Shown: positions 39,254-62,401, counted from the stretch's first letter. The stretch: 64,000 nucleotides of DNA from the human T2T-CHM13v2.0 reference genome, Homo sapiens (GCF_009914755.1 NC_060925.1), one strand, 5' to 3'. The notes: a model not told the origin generated them from the letters alone. Made by a program: numbers and translations.

Positions 39254-42200
39254 TGGTCTACTTGGAGCTCAACCGAACGTGGCTACCCGGGCGAGGGAGC
39301 GAGGCGGGCGGCAACGTCCCGCGATGGATGGCCGCCTCGGCCAATCGGCGCACGCGGGGGCGGGCCCGGGCCGGCTGGGAGGGACGCCCTGACAGCGCCG
39401 GCCGCGGCAGTCCCCGCTGCGGCCGCCTCCGCGGAGCCGCTGCCTGCTCCTGCAGGCGAACTGGGGGCGTCCGGGGGCGCGAGCCTCTCTTTCTGTCGCC
39501 GGGGCGGTGGGCGACGTGGATCGGGCTGGGGGCACCCTGGTCTCCTCGCCCCAGCGAGGAGGGGGATCTGACCCGCGCTCCCCGCGGCGTGGACCACTGG
39601 GGGGCTAGGGGGGCGCTGCGGCAGCGTCCGATGGGAGGGGGCGCAGACCCCCAAGCGGTCGCCGCTCGCTCCCTCCCGCCCCGTCCCTCTCCCTTATCTG
39701 CCCCTCAGCTCCCCCCCGCCGCGGCCCGCACCAGCCCAGCCCTTATCTCGCCCTCCGCTCTTGGTTGTCCTCCCCCTAGGCTCCGACCCCGACCCCCTCC
39801 CCAGACTCCAGCCCGGCCCCCAGCCCGCCCCGCCCCCGGGCCTCCCTCTCGCCCAGTCTGGCTTCCGAGCGCCGGGCCCGGGGCTCCACGCTGAGAGCTG
39901 GGCGGCTCGAGCCGGCGCCGAGGCGCGCGGCTGCTCCTTTACTAGATCATTAAAATACTTTGGAAAACCCCAAAGTGGAGCCGCGCGAAAATGGCCCTTG
40001 GCGTGCTTTGGGGAGCCGGGGGGGAGGGGGGCTGGGGACAGGGGACTTGAATTAAGAGGAGGGAGAGTGATTTCTCCCAAATTTCCAAGGTTTGCCAGTC
40101 TTGGCAAGTTAGCCCCTCGGCTTCTGCACGGGAAAGGGTGCCACTCGGAGATGGGGGGCGTCACCTGGGCGGCCCGCGACGCGGAATGCTCGCCACAGAA
40201 ATCTGCAAACTTCAAATAAATGGAGCTAAATTGGGGAGTGAGGGGACGAGAGTCAGGCGTAGGGGGAGGGGAAGCTTCCATTGTCAGTGACCCAGGTGTA
40301 CAATGGGAAATTGAGGGGGGGGCTGGCAGAGTGACCCAGCTATTTGCTGCTGACTCCTTTCTGCCCACGCCGAGAACCCAGAAGACACACTGCGTGCCCC
40401 TCATTAGGGACTCTTAAGACCAGATACCGGCGAAATAGGGGAAGGCTCCCCCATTTTCAGACTGTTTTTAGAGAGCGGATCTCTTTAAATGTGATAAAAC
40501 ACTGTCGGCACTGTCTCTTTAAAAGAGTCAAGCAGAAAAAGCTGTGTAAGCGCTGATTGGCTGCCTGTTTGGATACATCTTTAGGGGAGCCTTGAAACTG
40601 TTAGCCTAGGTTGATTTTTTTTTTTTTTTTTTTTTTTTAACTGCGCTGTTCCAATAAACAAGTAACGCCCCTCCCCCTAACATGCCTCGCACCAAACAAT
40701 TAAAGGATAGGTCAGTGTCCTGGGGAAAACACGTTTCAAGTAGGAAAACTCAGAACTAGATTTCAACAAAATAAACAATAATTCCCTACCATTAAAGTTT
40801 GCTTATTTTGATCTGTAGAAGAGAGAAAAGGGGCTTTTAAAAGAAATGCCCCGCAGCAAAAGAATCTGCATTGGTTCAGGAAGGAGACTCTGGGTGCATT
40901 TTTGGAATAATGTTCTACTCAATGTAACAACCTCCCTAAATTAGAGTACAGCCAGGCCCTGCGGACACCTCTGGACTCACTCTGCTCCCTTCCAGGACCC
41001 AGCGCTCACAGGGGAAAGGGGCAGAAAAAAGGAACGCTGAGACCTAGTTTATGGGCGTCTGTGCGCTAGTCCCTATTTTAAAGGTTGTTTCGTGAATGAG
41101 GGAAGCATGGAGGTTGGGAGTTGGAATACAAGGATAGGGGAGAGAAGGAAATAATTACAGTTATTTTTTCCCCTAGGCGGTTTAATTTAATAGGGCTAAC
41201 TTAAGGTACCTTAGAGCCCACACTAATTAAATTGGCCTGCTCATACCCTTGCCCTGGACTTCCTTCTATTTTGAATGGGCTAGGAATGGCCAGGGATGGC
41301 TTGTCAACAGACTGACTCACAAGAAGCCTGACTCATCTTGTGTCTGCAAGGCCCACAAATTAGGAGTATCGGTTTGGTCCTGGCTAAAAAAAGGAAGACA
41401 CTGCCCTTCTCCGGCCCTGCTATGACCCAGGACTCAACCAGATTGGCCATGCCCTTATCAACTTCATGGCTGCAACACAAGCATATCTATTTGAGCATCA
41501 GTTTCTTCACCTGTCAAATGGCAAAGGGAGGTTAGAAGATATACAGTATCTCTTGATAATCTGATGTGCTACAATGTTAAAATTTCCCTCCTATATTTTT
41601 CTCTCCCTACCACCACCCTGGAAAAAGGACTAGCACCTCCTTTCCAAACATGTGGCAAGAAGAGAGGGGTAGGGTTCAGAGATCCTGTGCCAGGCACTCT
41701 GTGGTCAGCCCTTTGCTGGAACTTGACACAACAAAGCTGCACGATGGTTGGTAGATCCCTTGTTGGAGCTAAAAGAGATGGTGAGAGGGCCCGGGCAGAG
41801 AGAGCAGGGAGAGTGTCTTAGCCACCCCTCACCCCTGCTGGCTAGAAGATTGCTGAGGGGTTCCCTGGAAGCAGGACCACTCAGCAGCCCTAAGTAGGTG
41901 TGTGGCTGCTGGCACAATTATCCAAAATGTGGTCAGATCAGAAGCAAGTCCAAACACCCATGAACAGCATTCAAGGCCCCAGTCTACCTTTCCCCTCTGG
42001 ATCCCCCCAGGCCACATCTTTGGGCCTGAAGTCTGTCTTCCTGGAATGCTTCCTGCCTCAGTTCCCTTCTTCTACCATCCTTTAAGGCTAACATCCCCTC
42101 CCTCCAGTGCCATCTCCTCCACAAAAACCTCCCTGCTTCTCACTCCTGGAGTGAAACCTGTCCTTCTGTCCCTCCAATCTTATCTCGTTTTGCTGGCACC

Positions 42201-44058
42201 ATTCATTCTCCCCATTGTTGTAGCCACTTGTTTACTGTCTGTCTCCCCCACCAGACTGGGAGGGTAGGATCTCAGTTTGAGTTATCTGTGTATCTCCAGC
42301 ACACAGCGCAGGCTCAATACCTGTGTATGTTAACACTCAGTGCAGGCACCAGGAGCCCCCAGGGACCGAGAGAGAGAGGGAAAACTCACCCCAGCCCCAA
42401 AGTACTGGGCCCAGTAGGGAGATAAGGAATGGATACCACCAACAATAGGGTTAGATAAGGCCACTCCCTCGGCTCAGCCACACCCTCCTAAACTACAGCC
42501 ACCTGGAACTCTGTACTTTCAGTTTCCAGAATGGCTATGCCATTTCACACATCCACCCTGACTCATATTCTCTCTGTCTCTCTGTCCCCCATCTTTCTCT
42601 TGCCTCCCTCCCTTCCTTTTTTTCTTTTCCTTCTTTCTTTTAGGACCTGCTTATTGAACGCCTGCTATATACCATACGCTGTTCTAGGCCTTGGGAGATA
42701 AACCAGACAAAAATCCTTACCCCGTGGAACTTACACTGTAGTGAAGTCCCCTGCCCAAAGCCCCCTCCGGTGACAGACTCCCACTAACACTTCTCAGATC
42801 CAGCCTGGGCAGGCAGCATCTCCTTCAGAGAGCCTTCCCAGATCCCCCCTCTGAACTCCCAGTTCGGGGCAGGTGTGCCCTCTGTGTCCCCACTGCATGG
42901 GTGTGGTTCAGGGGCGCATTTTCCCCATGGGAATATGACTCCTTAGGGTCAGGGAATGATCATCATTTTCTGGGGTACCCTCAGTGCCCAGTAACATGGT
43001 GAAAGGAACAGAAGGACAGATGAACTGGGTGACCAGATGTTGCAGGACATGCAAGTGAGGTGGGAGTGAAGACGGAGAGGTGAATTCCAAGCTTAGGCTA
43101 GAAGGGCCGCTCCTTCCTCTCTTGGCTGCCAGCAACTGGGGCAGCAGGAATCCTGGGTTCTGGCACCAGATGGTTGGGGTCCAGGCCTCCAGAAGGAGGT
43201 GGTTAAAGGAAAAGGGACTTTAGGCCCATGAACTCAACCCAGGAGACTGTGCTTGCCAAGGATGCCAGAAGACCTTGTTCCCTTTCCCTGGTTCAAAGCT
43301 CTCTTTCAGTGCTCCTCACAGCTGCTAGGAGGATGGATGCAAGCTCCCGCTGGGGGCTGTTTCAATGGAAGCTGAGTATGCAGCCCGCTTCTGCACCCGG
43401 CACGCTCAGTCCTAGAATTGCACGGGGATACCTCTGATCAAAACCTTCGGGCCGGTCAGCTCTGGTTTTAGCAGAAGTTTCCCTGAGGGATCGGGGGCCT
43501 CCACAGGGGGAATACAAAATCCAACACGCAAAGACCTGGCTTCACTGCCTTGCTGGCAGACTTTGGGCAAGTGACCTTCCCCTCTGAGCCTCACCGTCCT
43601 CTCTGTGCAATGAGTATGTTAATGCCTATGCCAAAGGCAGGCTGGGAGGACAAAGAGAGGTAAGTGATGGGGAATCGCCTACTAGGCTATTAGTCAGTGT
43701 TGGCTGAGCCCAAGGTTCTGATGATGGAGAGTAGCCGCTTGGGATGGGTGTTTGGGGGCTCAGGGGAGACAGTAATTGGGGAAATGTTTCGAAAATTGAA
43801 AAAGATGATTACTCATGGCCAGCAAACAGAGAGGTGCTAAGAAAGAAGTGGATTTAAATTTAAAATCAAATGTGTTTTGAAATGTCTTCCAACGGACACA
43901 TACTTCTCCTGAGCCAATTTGTCATAGCAAAACAGGCTTCAAGTATGGAATGGGTTAGTATAGAATCGGTTAGTTCAATTTGAAAGCACCCATGTGCTCA
44001 GCCTTGTTTTGTTTTGTTTTTTTCCTACCTATTTCCTTCATAAGAATTTAAGCATTTG

Positions 44059-44445
44059 AGCTGGGCACGGTGGCTCACACCTGTAATCTCAGCACTTTGG
44101 GCTGCCAAGGCAGGCAGATCATGAGGTCAAGAGTTCGAGACCAGCCCGGCCAACATGGTGAAACCCCGTCTCTACTAAGAATAGAAAAATTAGCCAGGCA
44201 TGGTGGCATGTGCCTGTAATCTCAGCTACTCGGGTGGCTGGGGCAGGAGAATCGCTTGAACCCAGGGGGCGGGGGTTGCAGTGAGCCGAGTTCGCACCAC
44301 TGCACTCCATCATGAGCGACAGAACAATACTCTGTCTTGAAAAAAAAAAAAAAGAATTTAAGTACTCTGACAGGCCATGGTGGCTCATGCCTGTAATCCC
44401 AGCACTTTGGGAGTCCGCGACGGGAGGATCACTTGAGCCAGGGAC
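44059..44445 (+). mobile_element. AluS (~44059-44353) plus truncated left-arm Alu (~44372-44445)
   Basis: Alu motifs; TSD AAGAATTTAAG around the first element. Confidence 0.9.
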
Positions 44446-44472
44446 GCTGGGAAGTACAAGAAAGCAGAAGGC

Positions 44473-44773
44473 TGCCGGGCGCGGTGGTTCACGCCTGTAA
44501 TCCCAGCACTTGTGGAGGCCGAGGCAGGCAGATCGCGAGGTCAGGAAATCGAGACCATCCTGGCTAACACAGTGAAACCCCGTCTCTACTAAAAATACAA
44601 AAAATTAGCTGGGCATGGTGGCGGGCGCCTGCAGTCCCAGCTACTCAGGAGGCTGAGGCAGGAGAAAGGCATGAACACAGGAGGCGGAGCTTGCAGTGAG
44701 CCGAGATGGCGTCACTGCACTCCAGCCTGGGGGACAGAGCGAGACTCCGTCTCAAAAAAAAAAAAAAAAAAAA
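44473..44773 (+). mobile_element. AluY
   Basis: Y diagnostics; TSD AAAGCAGAAGGC. Confidence 0.95.
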
Positions 44774-44994
44774 GCAGAAGGCAAGGCCCTATCCTGGTAG
44801 CTGGGGAGAGGAACCTGACACCCACCACTCCCCCAACTCCACCTCACCAGACTCACCAGAGTGCCCTAGCCTCTGAGTTCTCTCAGCCTGGGACCAGCAT
44901 GGCTCTATTTTCATTCACTTGCCAAAACTTTGCTCTTGCTGGTCACTCTTCTCCAAGGTAAAGGCTTCACTCCCACCTCATTTCCTCCAGGTCA

Positions 44995-45587
<593 letters not shown>

Positions 45588-45590
<3 letters not shown>

Positions 45591-45877
45591 TTTTTTGAGA
45601 CAGAGTCTTGCTGTGTCGCTCCGTTTGGAGTGCAGTGGCGCGATCTCAGCTCACTGCAGCCTCTGTCTCACGAGTTCCAGTGATTCTCTTGCCTCAGCCT
45701 CCTGGGTAGCTGGGATTACAGGTGCACGCCACCACGCCCAGCTAATTTTTGTATTTTTAGTAGAGACAGAGTTTCAACATGTTAGCCAGGCTGGTCTCAA
45801 AACTCCTGACCTCGTGATCCACCCACCTCAGCCTCCCAAAGTGCTGGGATTACAGGTGTGAGCCACTGCGCCTGGCC
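45588..45877 (-). mobile_element. AluS element inserted in the L1 tail
   Basis: Reverse Alu consensus. Confidence 0.92.
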
Positions 45878-46129
45878 TGCAATTTTTTAAAAAACTAAAA
45901 AGAGATGGGTGATGACCCAAGCATCACATGTGGGAAAGACTTACGGACATGGTGCAGAATGGCGCAGCACACCCCTGTCTGAGCATCAGAGGTTCCCATG
46001 CTCCTGAAACCCTCTCCTCACACAGCTTCAGGGCTCCACTCTCTCCTGGTTTTCCCTCTTCCTCTCGGGCTATTCTTCCTGTTATCCTTTAACGGATTCT
46101 TTTTTCTCCAGCCTCCTCTAAAAATTTTA

Positions 46130-46465
46130 TTAGTCAAACTATTGCTGATACAGTGTTACCTAACACACAGCCCCCAAATCTCAGTGGCTTATAATAAAAG
46201 CCATTTATTTCTCACTCACAGGTCTGCAGTCAACTGGGCAGCTCTGCTTCAGGGTACAGCTTGAGTCTGTCCCATGGGTCTCTCATTCTGGGGCACAGGC
46301 TGAAGGGCAGAGGATGTCTGTCATGTTCTTTCCAGAGTAAAAGGAGCTCCAGAGGCCAGGCCAACTCACGCAAGCCTCACATCCGCTCCCAAGTCACATG
46401 GCCAAGCCCAGCATCAATGGGGCAGGAAGGGGGAGTGAATGTTTGCTGAACAGTAGTAAAATCTA
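46130..46465 (-). mobile_element. MaLR (MLT1-type) solo LTR, same orientation as SSBP3
   Basis: ccccaaatctcagtggctta...ccatttatttctcac...aagtcacatggccaagcc are MLT1 hallmarks (reverse complement of the LTR). Confidence 0.75.
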
Positions 46466-46489
46466 GGACAGATGGGCTTCTCTCAGGCT

Positions 46490-47110
46490 CTGTCCTGGAC
46501 CTTCTCTCTCTCTTTGGGCAAGTTCACATGGCACTAATTGCATCTGAACTTCAATGACAATGACTCCTGAATCCATCCCACTGGCGCAGACCCTTTTTCT
46601 TAGCCCCAAAGCCATGTGTGTTCAGTTACAGAGCATTTCCATCTGCCTGTCTCTCTGGTGCCTCAAAGTCCATGTGTCCAGAGCTGGCCTCATTATTTCT
46701 CCCCATCCAATTCCTGTAGTCAATCTCCATTTCTGTACCCGGCACCAACACCGTTCTACCAGGTGAGGAGAGCACACAGAAGGTGCCGTGTTTACCAGAT
46801 CCAGCTGGCCAAGCTTGGCACTGGCTGGGAGTGAGAAAGAGGAGAAGCAGAGACCGGCCCCCTGGTGTGTGGTAGAGATGGTTGGGTCCAGCCCTGAATT
46901 GTTGCACAGCCCCTAACTGGTCTCCCTGCCTTCAGAACACTCCCCTTCACCCTCCCTTCCCCAGCCAGAGGGATGTGTTTAAGGCACAGGTCTGACCATG
47001 TCACGCTCCTGCTTAAAACCCTTTGGGGAATCGCCATTTTATCCAAAATGAAGCCCAAATTCTGCAGCAAAAAGATTCAAGGTCCTTCATGATCTGACCC
47101 TATCTCCCTT
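46490..47110 (+). mobile_element. L2 fragments
   Basis: L2-like motifs (tctgaccatgtcacgctcctgcttaaaaccctt...caaggtccttcatgatctg). Confidence 0.65.
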
Positions 47111-47450
47111 CACAGCCCGTTGCTTGTTGGGGATTGTCCTGGATGTGGGGGATGGATGTGTGAACAAGAGAGCTGTGGTCCCTGCTTCCTGGAGGTTTGT
47201 CACCTGTGGGGAAGCAGATGACTCCATTAGTACCTACAAGATCCAACGTGACAAGGGTGGTGATGGAACACATAGGCCCCCGTGGGCACAGTGCAGGGGC
47301 GCTAGGCTGCCCCAGGGTGTCAAGGAAGGCAGCTGGAGGAGGTGACCTTCCTTCCTCTGGCTGTAATGGGAATGGATGAGTGCTCTCAGGGGGAAGCTAG
47401 GGACAGGCTCCTAGGTTTACCAGCAGGGCTGATGCAGGAGGAGCCAGTGA

Positions 47451-47922
<472 letters not shown>

Positions 47923-50319
47923 TGATGAGGCTGGAGCCAGACCCCGGCAGTGGAGGAGTGGAAGGGAGGCAGAGGAGAGAGAATGCCGTGGAGGAGTGGG
48001 AGGGAGAGAGGAGACAGCAAGTGTGGATAACTCTTGGGGTAAGAGACAGCCAGCACCCACAGGTAAGAGTGTTGCTGTGTTTTGCTGGAAAGTGGGAGAC
48101 ACTAGAACCTGCACAAATGCTGATTGCAGGGAGTCCATGCAGAGGGCAAGGCTGGAGGAACTAGATGGAGGTTGAGGGTGAAGCTAGCATGGAGTCCCTA
48201 AGAAGAGGGAGGAGAGTGGCCTCAGTAGGGTTGGAAAAGTGCCTTCACCTCTCTGGGCACACAGACATGGAGGGACTCAGCCTGCACCATCGAGGCGCTC
48301 ACAGTCTAGGAGATGAGGCTGTCCAGGGGAAACAGGCTTGGAGCTGTGGCTTTAAAGGATGAGTAGGAGTTTGCTAGGCAGGCCAGCAGAGGTAAAGGGA
48401 TCCCAGACCATGGGAACAGCATGGACAAAGGCACAGAGGCATGAGACAGCCAACATATTAGAGCAATGGTGGGTTCAGGGGGTGCACATGGGGCTCAGGA
48501 GGAAGTGGTGATAGATGAGGCTGGAAGGTGACCAGGAAGCTCTTGCAGCTTCATGTAGGAATTCATGAGCATCTGTGAACTCAGGACCCAGCCTGGACAC
48601 CTGTGGATGCTGAGGGATGCCAAGAACAGGTTCCTGTTAACCTCTGTGTTGCCCGGTACTTGGCTTACATGTGTGCCGAATAAATGAAGGATCCATGTTT
48701 TGTGGCAAAGCATAACAGAGTAATTTCATCCTGAGGATGAGTGTGCTGGAAATGGCAAGGTTTCTTCATCTGAGCCACTCATTCCATTCCATCCGCGTAC
48801 CCGACACCGCATGGGTGGGGATACAGAGATCAGCACTAGATGCCCAAAGAGTGCTCAGTAAAGGTTGGTTATTCCCTCTGTGGAGCCCTGTGTTCAAAAC
48901 TTCCCATCTAGCCACCCCTCCTACAGGGGCTCCAGCCCTGCTTCCTTCCCCCGTCAGCCCGTGCTGGGGGTTGAGAGGACTCCAGAGACATGCGGATGAC
49001 ACATGGAGTGTGCCAGTCAGCGGCCCTCTCACCCTAGCAATCTGGGGCACCCGGAGCAGAGCTCGCAGGCTTGTTCTGTGATTCTGATTCCTGTTTCCAC
49101 GGAAACAGACATCGGCAAACGTCAAAGTCCCAGCTTTCAAATACAGGTCTCTTCCAAAACTTACTCTCACATGATTCATAGGCTCCACAGTTGTGGAGGT
49201 GGCAGAAACCTCTGAGAGCACCCACCCTCCACCTCACCATAAGGGTCCTAGCTCCCAGTTGAATGCTCTGTCCTTTATCTGGCACTGCTTCCAACCCAGG
49301 AGGCCCAGGAAGCCATCCTGAACTGTTAGCCTGGGCCTCAGTTTACCCATCCATATGATGAGGCCGTAGTTCCTGAAGTCAACAAATGCTTGTTGAGCAC
49401 CTCAGGATCCTTCCAGCCCAGTGCAAGAGAGTCCAGGGCAGTGAGTACAGGGAGTGGCAGTGGTTAGATTGGGAGCTTGAAGAGGACGCTGGGAGGAGGG
49501 AATGAGAGAGCACCGGTCACCCAGGAGCACTAGTGCTGTGGCGCTGAGCAGGCTGGCAGGAAAAGAGCTTCTCCAGCAGCGCCCTTGGGCTGTGGCTCTC
49601 ACCCCCTCTAGAATGCTGGCCCTCTGCTTCTGCTCCTGGGGCTCCCACATTCTCGTCTCTCTGCTGTGCCTCTGTCTCTCTGCGTCTTTACATGTCTCAG
49701 CCTCTTCTGTCTCTGTGTCTTAGCTTATTTCTGTCTCTGGGTCTTTCTGAACACTTGTCCCTCAGTCTCTTTCTGTGGGCTTCTTTGAATTTTTACCATC
49801 TCTCTGAGGTTCTCCATTCTCCCACTGGAAAGACCCACAAGGACAGAGATTTTGTCTGTTTTGTCCTTTGTTTTATCCTCAATGCCTGGAATGGCACCTG
49901 GCACTTAGTAGGTGTTCAGCAAGCATTTGTCAAATGAATTCTCTCTTTTCTGTTTTTCTCTCTTCCCCGCCTTCTTGCGTATCTCTGTCCTCCTCTCTTG
50001 TCCTCTCTCCTGGCCTCATCTACTGTTTGTGTATCTTTTGACTTCTGTTTCTCTTTCTCCTTTCCTTTCTTTGTCTCTCTCCTCTTTGCTCAGTCCCTCT
50101 CATTCTCACTGTCCCTCTCTCACTGTTCTGCCTCTCTGTTGCTGCTGGCCTCTCTTGAACACATGCACACACACACACAGAAAACCATCTGCAGCATTCC
50201 TTCCCACAAACGTTTCCTAGGTTGATGTGGGTTTAGGAAACCTAACTTCAAGCCTTCAGCTCCAACCCTCAGAGAGTCGCCCATACACACTCCCCCACTT
50301 CCCCAAATTACCGTTATAA

Positions 50320-50675
<356 letters not shown>

Positions 50676-50891
50676 AGCAACTTGTTTTTCATGCTTTCAG
50701 CTGGCTCCTGAGTCACTGTTACCCTCTGCTCAGTGCCCCTCCCTGAACAGAAGGACCCCAAGGCCAAAGGACTGCCTCTTTCAATTATCTGTGCTAGGAA
50801 ATGTTTCTGACACCAGCCACTCATTGCCTTGGTGTGACCCTAGTCACCATCACACTTCTTCAGGGACCTGTCTAAAAGTTTCTTCTCTGGG

Positions 50892-53230
<2,339 letters not shown>

Positions 53231-54672
53231 ATAAAATGCTGTTTTATTGGCAGTCACAACAACCCTAAAGGTGGGTATTATGTCACCCATTTTCCAGGGG
53301 AGAAGCTGAGGCTTGGAGAGGAAGAAGAGCAATTTACCAGGTTACCCAGCTAGTAGGCAGCAAGGCTAGGATTGGAATCTACACATCCCAACTCCAGCCT
53401 CTTACCCAGCGTCATCACTGTTTTGACCTTCTCTCTCCCTTCCAGAGCCCCCAGAACCTGAAATCCAAGTCCCAGCCCATAAGGGTTCCGTGAACACGCT
53501 CATGTGCTTGTTCTTACTAGACAAAGATGTGATTGCAAGAACAAGACCCCTGCCCTGGGAAACTCAACACTGGACATCTCAAGCTCTTCCTACTCCTGAA
53601 CATGCCATGGAACCACAACTGGTGATGGAGCCAAAAGCCGTGAACAGTGGGACATTTGAAACCCCTCAGCAAGCATGCTTGCTAACATGATTTCCAGGGA
53701 AGTGTTATTGATGAGTGTGGTTCATCTTATATACTTACATGAAATAATAGTAGACATGGCACCCCACTGGCATTCCAAGGCCTCCTATGGAGGGAGAGAA
53801 GCGGGGGAGGTGGGAGCTCACAGGATTAGCCTGGAGATGGTGAAGAGATCTCAAGGCAGAGAACCCAGCTGGCCCATCTGGGGCCTTCTGACTCCATGAC
53901 GGGGTCCTCCAGATGCCTTGAGGTCAGGGCCAAACCCGATGGGCAGCCTGGTGTGGGAGGACCAAGCTCAGCCATAACATCTGGGTCACATATGCTCCAG
54001 TCCCTCTCTACCTTCTCATCTCTCTGCTATGTCTCTGTCCCCTAAATGGCTCAATTCCCAAAGTAGGGTGAGACTACTAACTGAGCCATATGCGGGTGGG
54101 TAGAAGGGTGGGAAGTCTGGAAGGAGGGCAGGAATAAAGATTACCAGCAGTGTCTTTGGCTGATGGGAGTGCCTGATAACACTAACCACCCCCCGCCCAT
54201 TTTTGGTACCTGCTTTGTATTTTTCCAACTTGTCAGAGCTGTGAGTCACCCTCTGCATGGAGGGATTCCCACGCTTAGGTGCCAGTTGGTTGGCAGATGC
54301 CAAAACAAATCAAAGACCCAGTCGTGAAGCTTGGCTAGGTTTGAACAAGGTGCTGGGGCGGTGTTCTAGGTGAGGCATTGTTACTTCTTGGAAAATGAAC
54401 TGTCTTCAGAGCAGCAAGTCCCTTTGCTAGGCATTTATTTATCCCCTGCCACTCTGCAAAAATGATTCCAATTCAAAGAGATTGCAACAAAAGGATTGTG
54501 TGTAAGGTTAATTAAAGAAAAAAGAAGAAGAAACCAGGAGAACCAAGGAAATAAGAAGAGAATGAAAATGAGCAGTATATCTTCTGTGAATGTGCACCAG
54601 ATGAAGCTATAAGCTCCCTGCTGGCCAAGGCAAAAAAGGAAGCATGATCACTTTATGGAGCTCTTGACATAA

Positions 54673-54994
<322 letters not shown>

Positions 54995-55719
54995 AATTTT
55001 TTTTCCAGAATTTTTAACATACATTATCTCATTTATCATTTATCTCATTTCCTTCCCAGTACCATGCCAATAAGCCATTGTTATTCCCATTTTATGGTTA
55101 GGAAAGTGAATCTCAGATGTTGCAGTGGATACTGGGGTTGTAATTCACCAAGATGTCCTCTCTAAGGCCAACACACTCATCAGCTTCTGGAAGTATTGGC
55201 TGCTAACAGTTCACAGGAGCATTGTTCCCTGGGAATTGCCTTTGGCTGCAGGGAATGACTTTATCCAAAGTTATACCATCTTTAAGGGGAGCTTCCTATC
55301 CCTGCAACACAAAGCTCTGCAGATCTAGAGCTCCAAGAGGGGGAATATTTCCATTGGGGACACAGTAGAAGTTCCTTTGAATTTTACACTATGACTGCTT
55401 CTTGATTCTTTTGAATGTCTTGAGCTAAGAGACCATCAGCAAGGAAAGGAATCACCATAATGTTGGCGATAATTACCCCGGTCATCAGTAGGAGGTAGGG
55501 TATGTGGCTAAATAATAGGAACAGAGATGAATATGAGTCATGCTCAGGCGATGCACTGGGGGGTCTTCTGGTGCTACTGTGCCTGGCTTTATTGGTACAT
55601 GGACAAGTAAAGCAGCCATGGCTTAAGCAGGGCACAGTAACCTGGGGCTTGGACCCTTCAGGGTTGAGGATCTGGATCTCCACCAGACAAACTGCCCAAA
55701 TTGGAAGAAATGCTAGCAA

Positions 55720-56196
<477 letters not shown>

Positions 56197-56469
56197 AAGA
56201 AATGCTAGCAAAAGGTAAGGGGAATCTACGACAGGTAGTAGAAGAGTGTGATAACAAGTATCTATTACAGTCTTGAGATCAACTTCTGCAACTAATTCTA
56301 CAGTTCATCTCACTAACCCTTCTTTTTTGAGTTTCACAGGAAACAAACCCAACCAGAAACCTAGAGAAGCCATTCCCAAATGGGTCAAACTTCACAGAAG
56401 CAAATGGAAAGGAGCAGTGCAAGGGTTGGACTGTAGTGGCTACTCTGATTCTCTGCCTAGATCCCCTTC

Positions 56470-57490
<1,021 letters not shown>

Positions 57491-57692
57491 ATGTCAGTAA
57501 GATTGTTCAAGGTAGCAGCCCAGACATACACCTTCCCCACTGTGTCATGGAAGTCATTTCTGAGTCAACATGTCTTCTTGTATTAAGCTATAAAGTCTTA
57601 ATGTAGTTTTTTTCTCAACATTTACGAGCACTGTGATTTAATTTAGCATTTTCTAAATAGTCAAAAGGTTTAAAATGTGTATATATATACAC

Positions 57693-58002
<310 letters not shown>

Positions 58003-58024
58003 TAAGAGAAATTGCTTTTATTCC

Positions 58025-58830
<806 letters not shown>

Positions 58831-58860
58831 AGCAAATAATTTTCAGTCATCTGGTTTTGA

Positions 58861-59672
<812 letters not shown>

Positions 59673-59689
59673 CCTATCTGATTTTTTTA

Positions 59690-60872
<1,183 letters not shown>

Positions 60873-61061
60873 TATTTTTTAATTACAGAAATATTCAACA
60901 AGTAAACTGTTTCTCCTGTGTACCAGCCTTGAGCTAGGCACCGGGGATACAGAGTCAATAAGAACCAGCTTCTTATATAAGAAGAACCAGCACAGAGCTT
61001 ACAGTCTAGTGGGACAGACAGACACATCAGAAGGGGGATGTTGTCTTTTGATGACTATTCA

Positions 61062-62190
<1,129 letters not shown>

Positions 62191-62401
62191 ATTGCAGAAG
62201 AGCATTCCAGGCACCAGGAATAGATAAAAGAGAATGGCCTGTAGCTCAGTGTGGCTGCTGGGGAAGCTGCATGAGGAGGGAGGAATGGCTAATGGAGAGG
62301 CCCGTAGGGCCAGGTCATGAGAAGATTATGCCATTTAAAGTGCCAAGACTTTATCTTGAGAGCAATGGGGAGCTGATCAGGAGTTTTAAGCAGCAAAATG
62401 A

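Larger units (their letters stand above)
37850..40450. promoter_or_regulatory. SSBP3: SSBP3 promoter CpG island (TSS probably near 39280, minus strand)
   Basis: Very high GC and CpG density spanning exon 1. CCAAT at 39341-39345, GC box GGGGCGGG at 39357-39364, E2F-type GCGCGAAAA at 39983-39991. TSS position is inferred, not observed. Confidence 0.9.

Noticed and set aside
37866-40404. Long ORFs in the CpG island (581 aa, 373 aa, 313 aa, 244 aa and others)
   Set aside because: Pro/Arg/Ala/Gly-rich, open in several frames on both strands, and many start at non-ATG codons. This is expected from stop-codon scarcity at very high GC.
46220-46275. ATG exactly 56 nt before the LTR donor, same length and phase as SSBP3 coding exon 1
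   Set aside because: In-frame TGA at codon 9 (MGQTQAVP*), so it cannot supply an alternative N-terminus.
53520-54350. Possible old LTR
   Set aside because: Family and boundaries could not be supported by eye.
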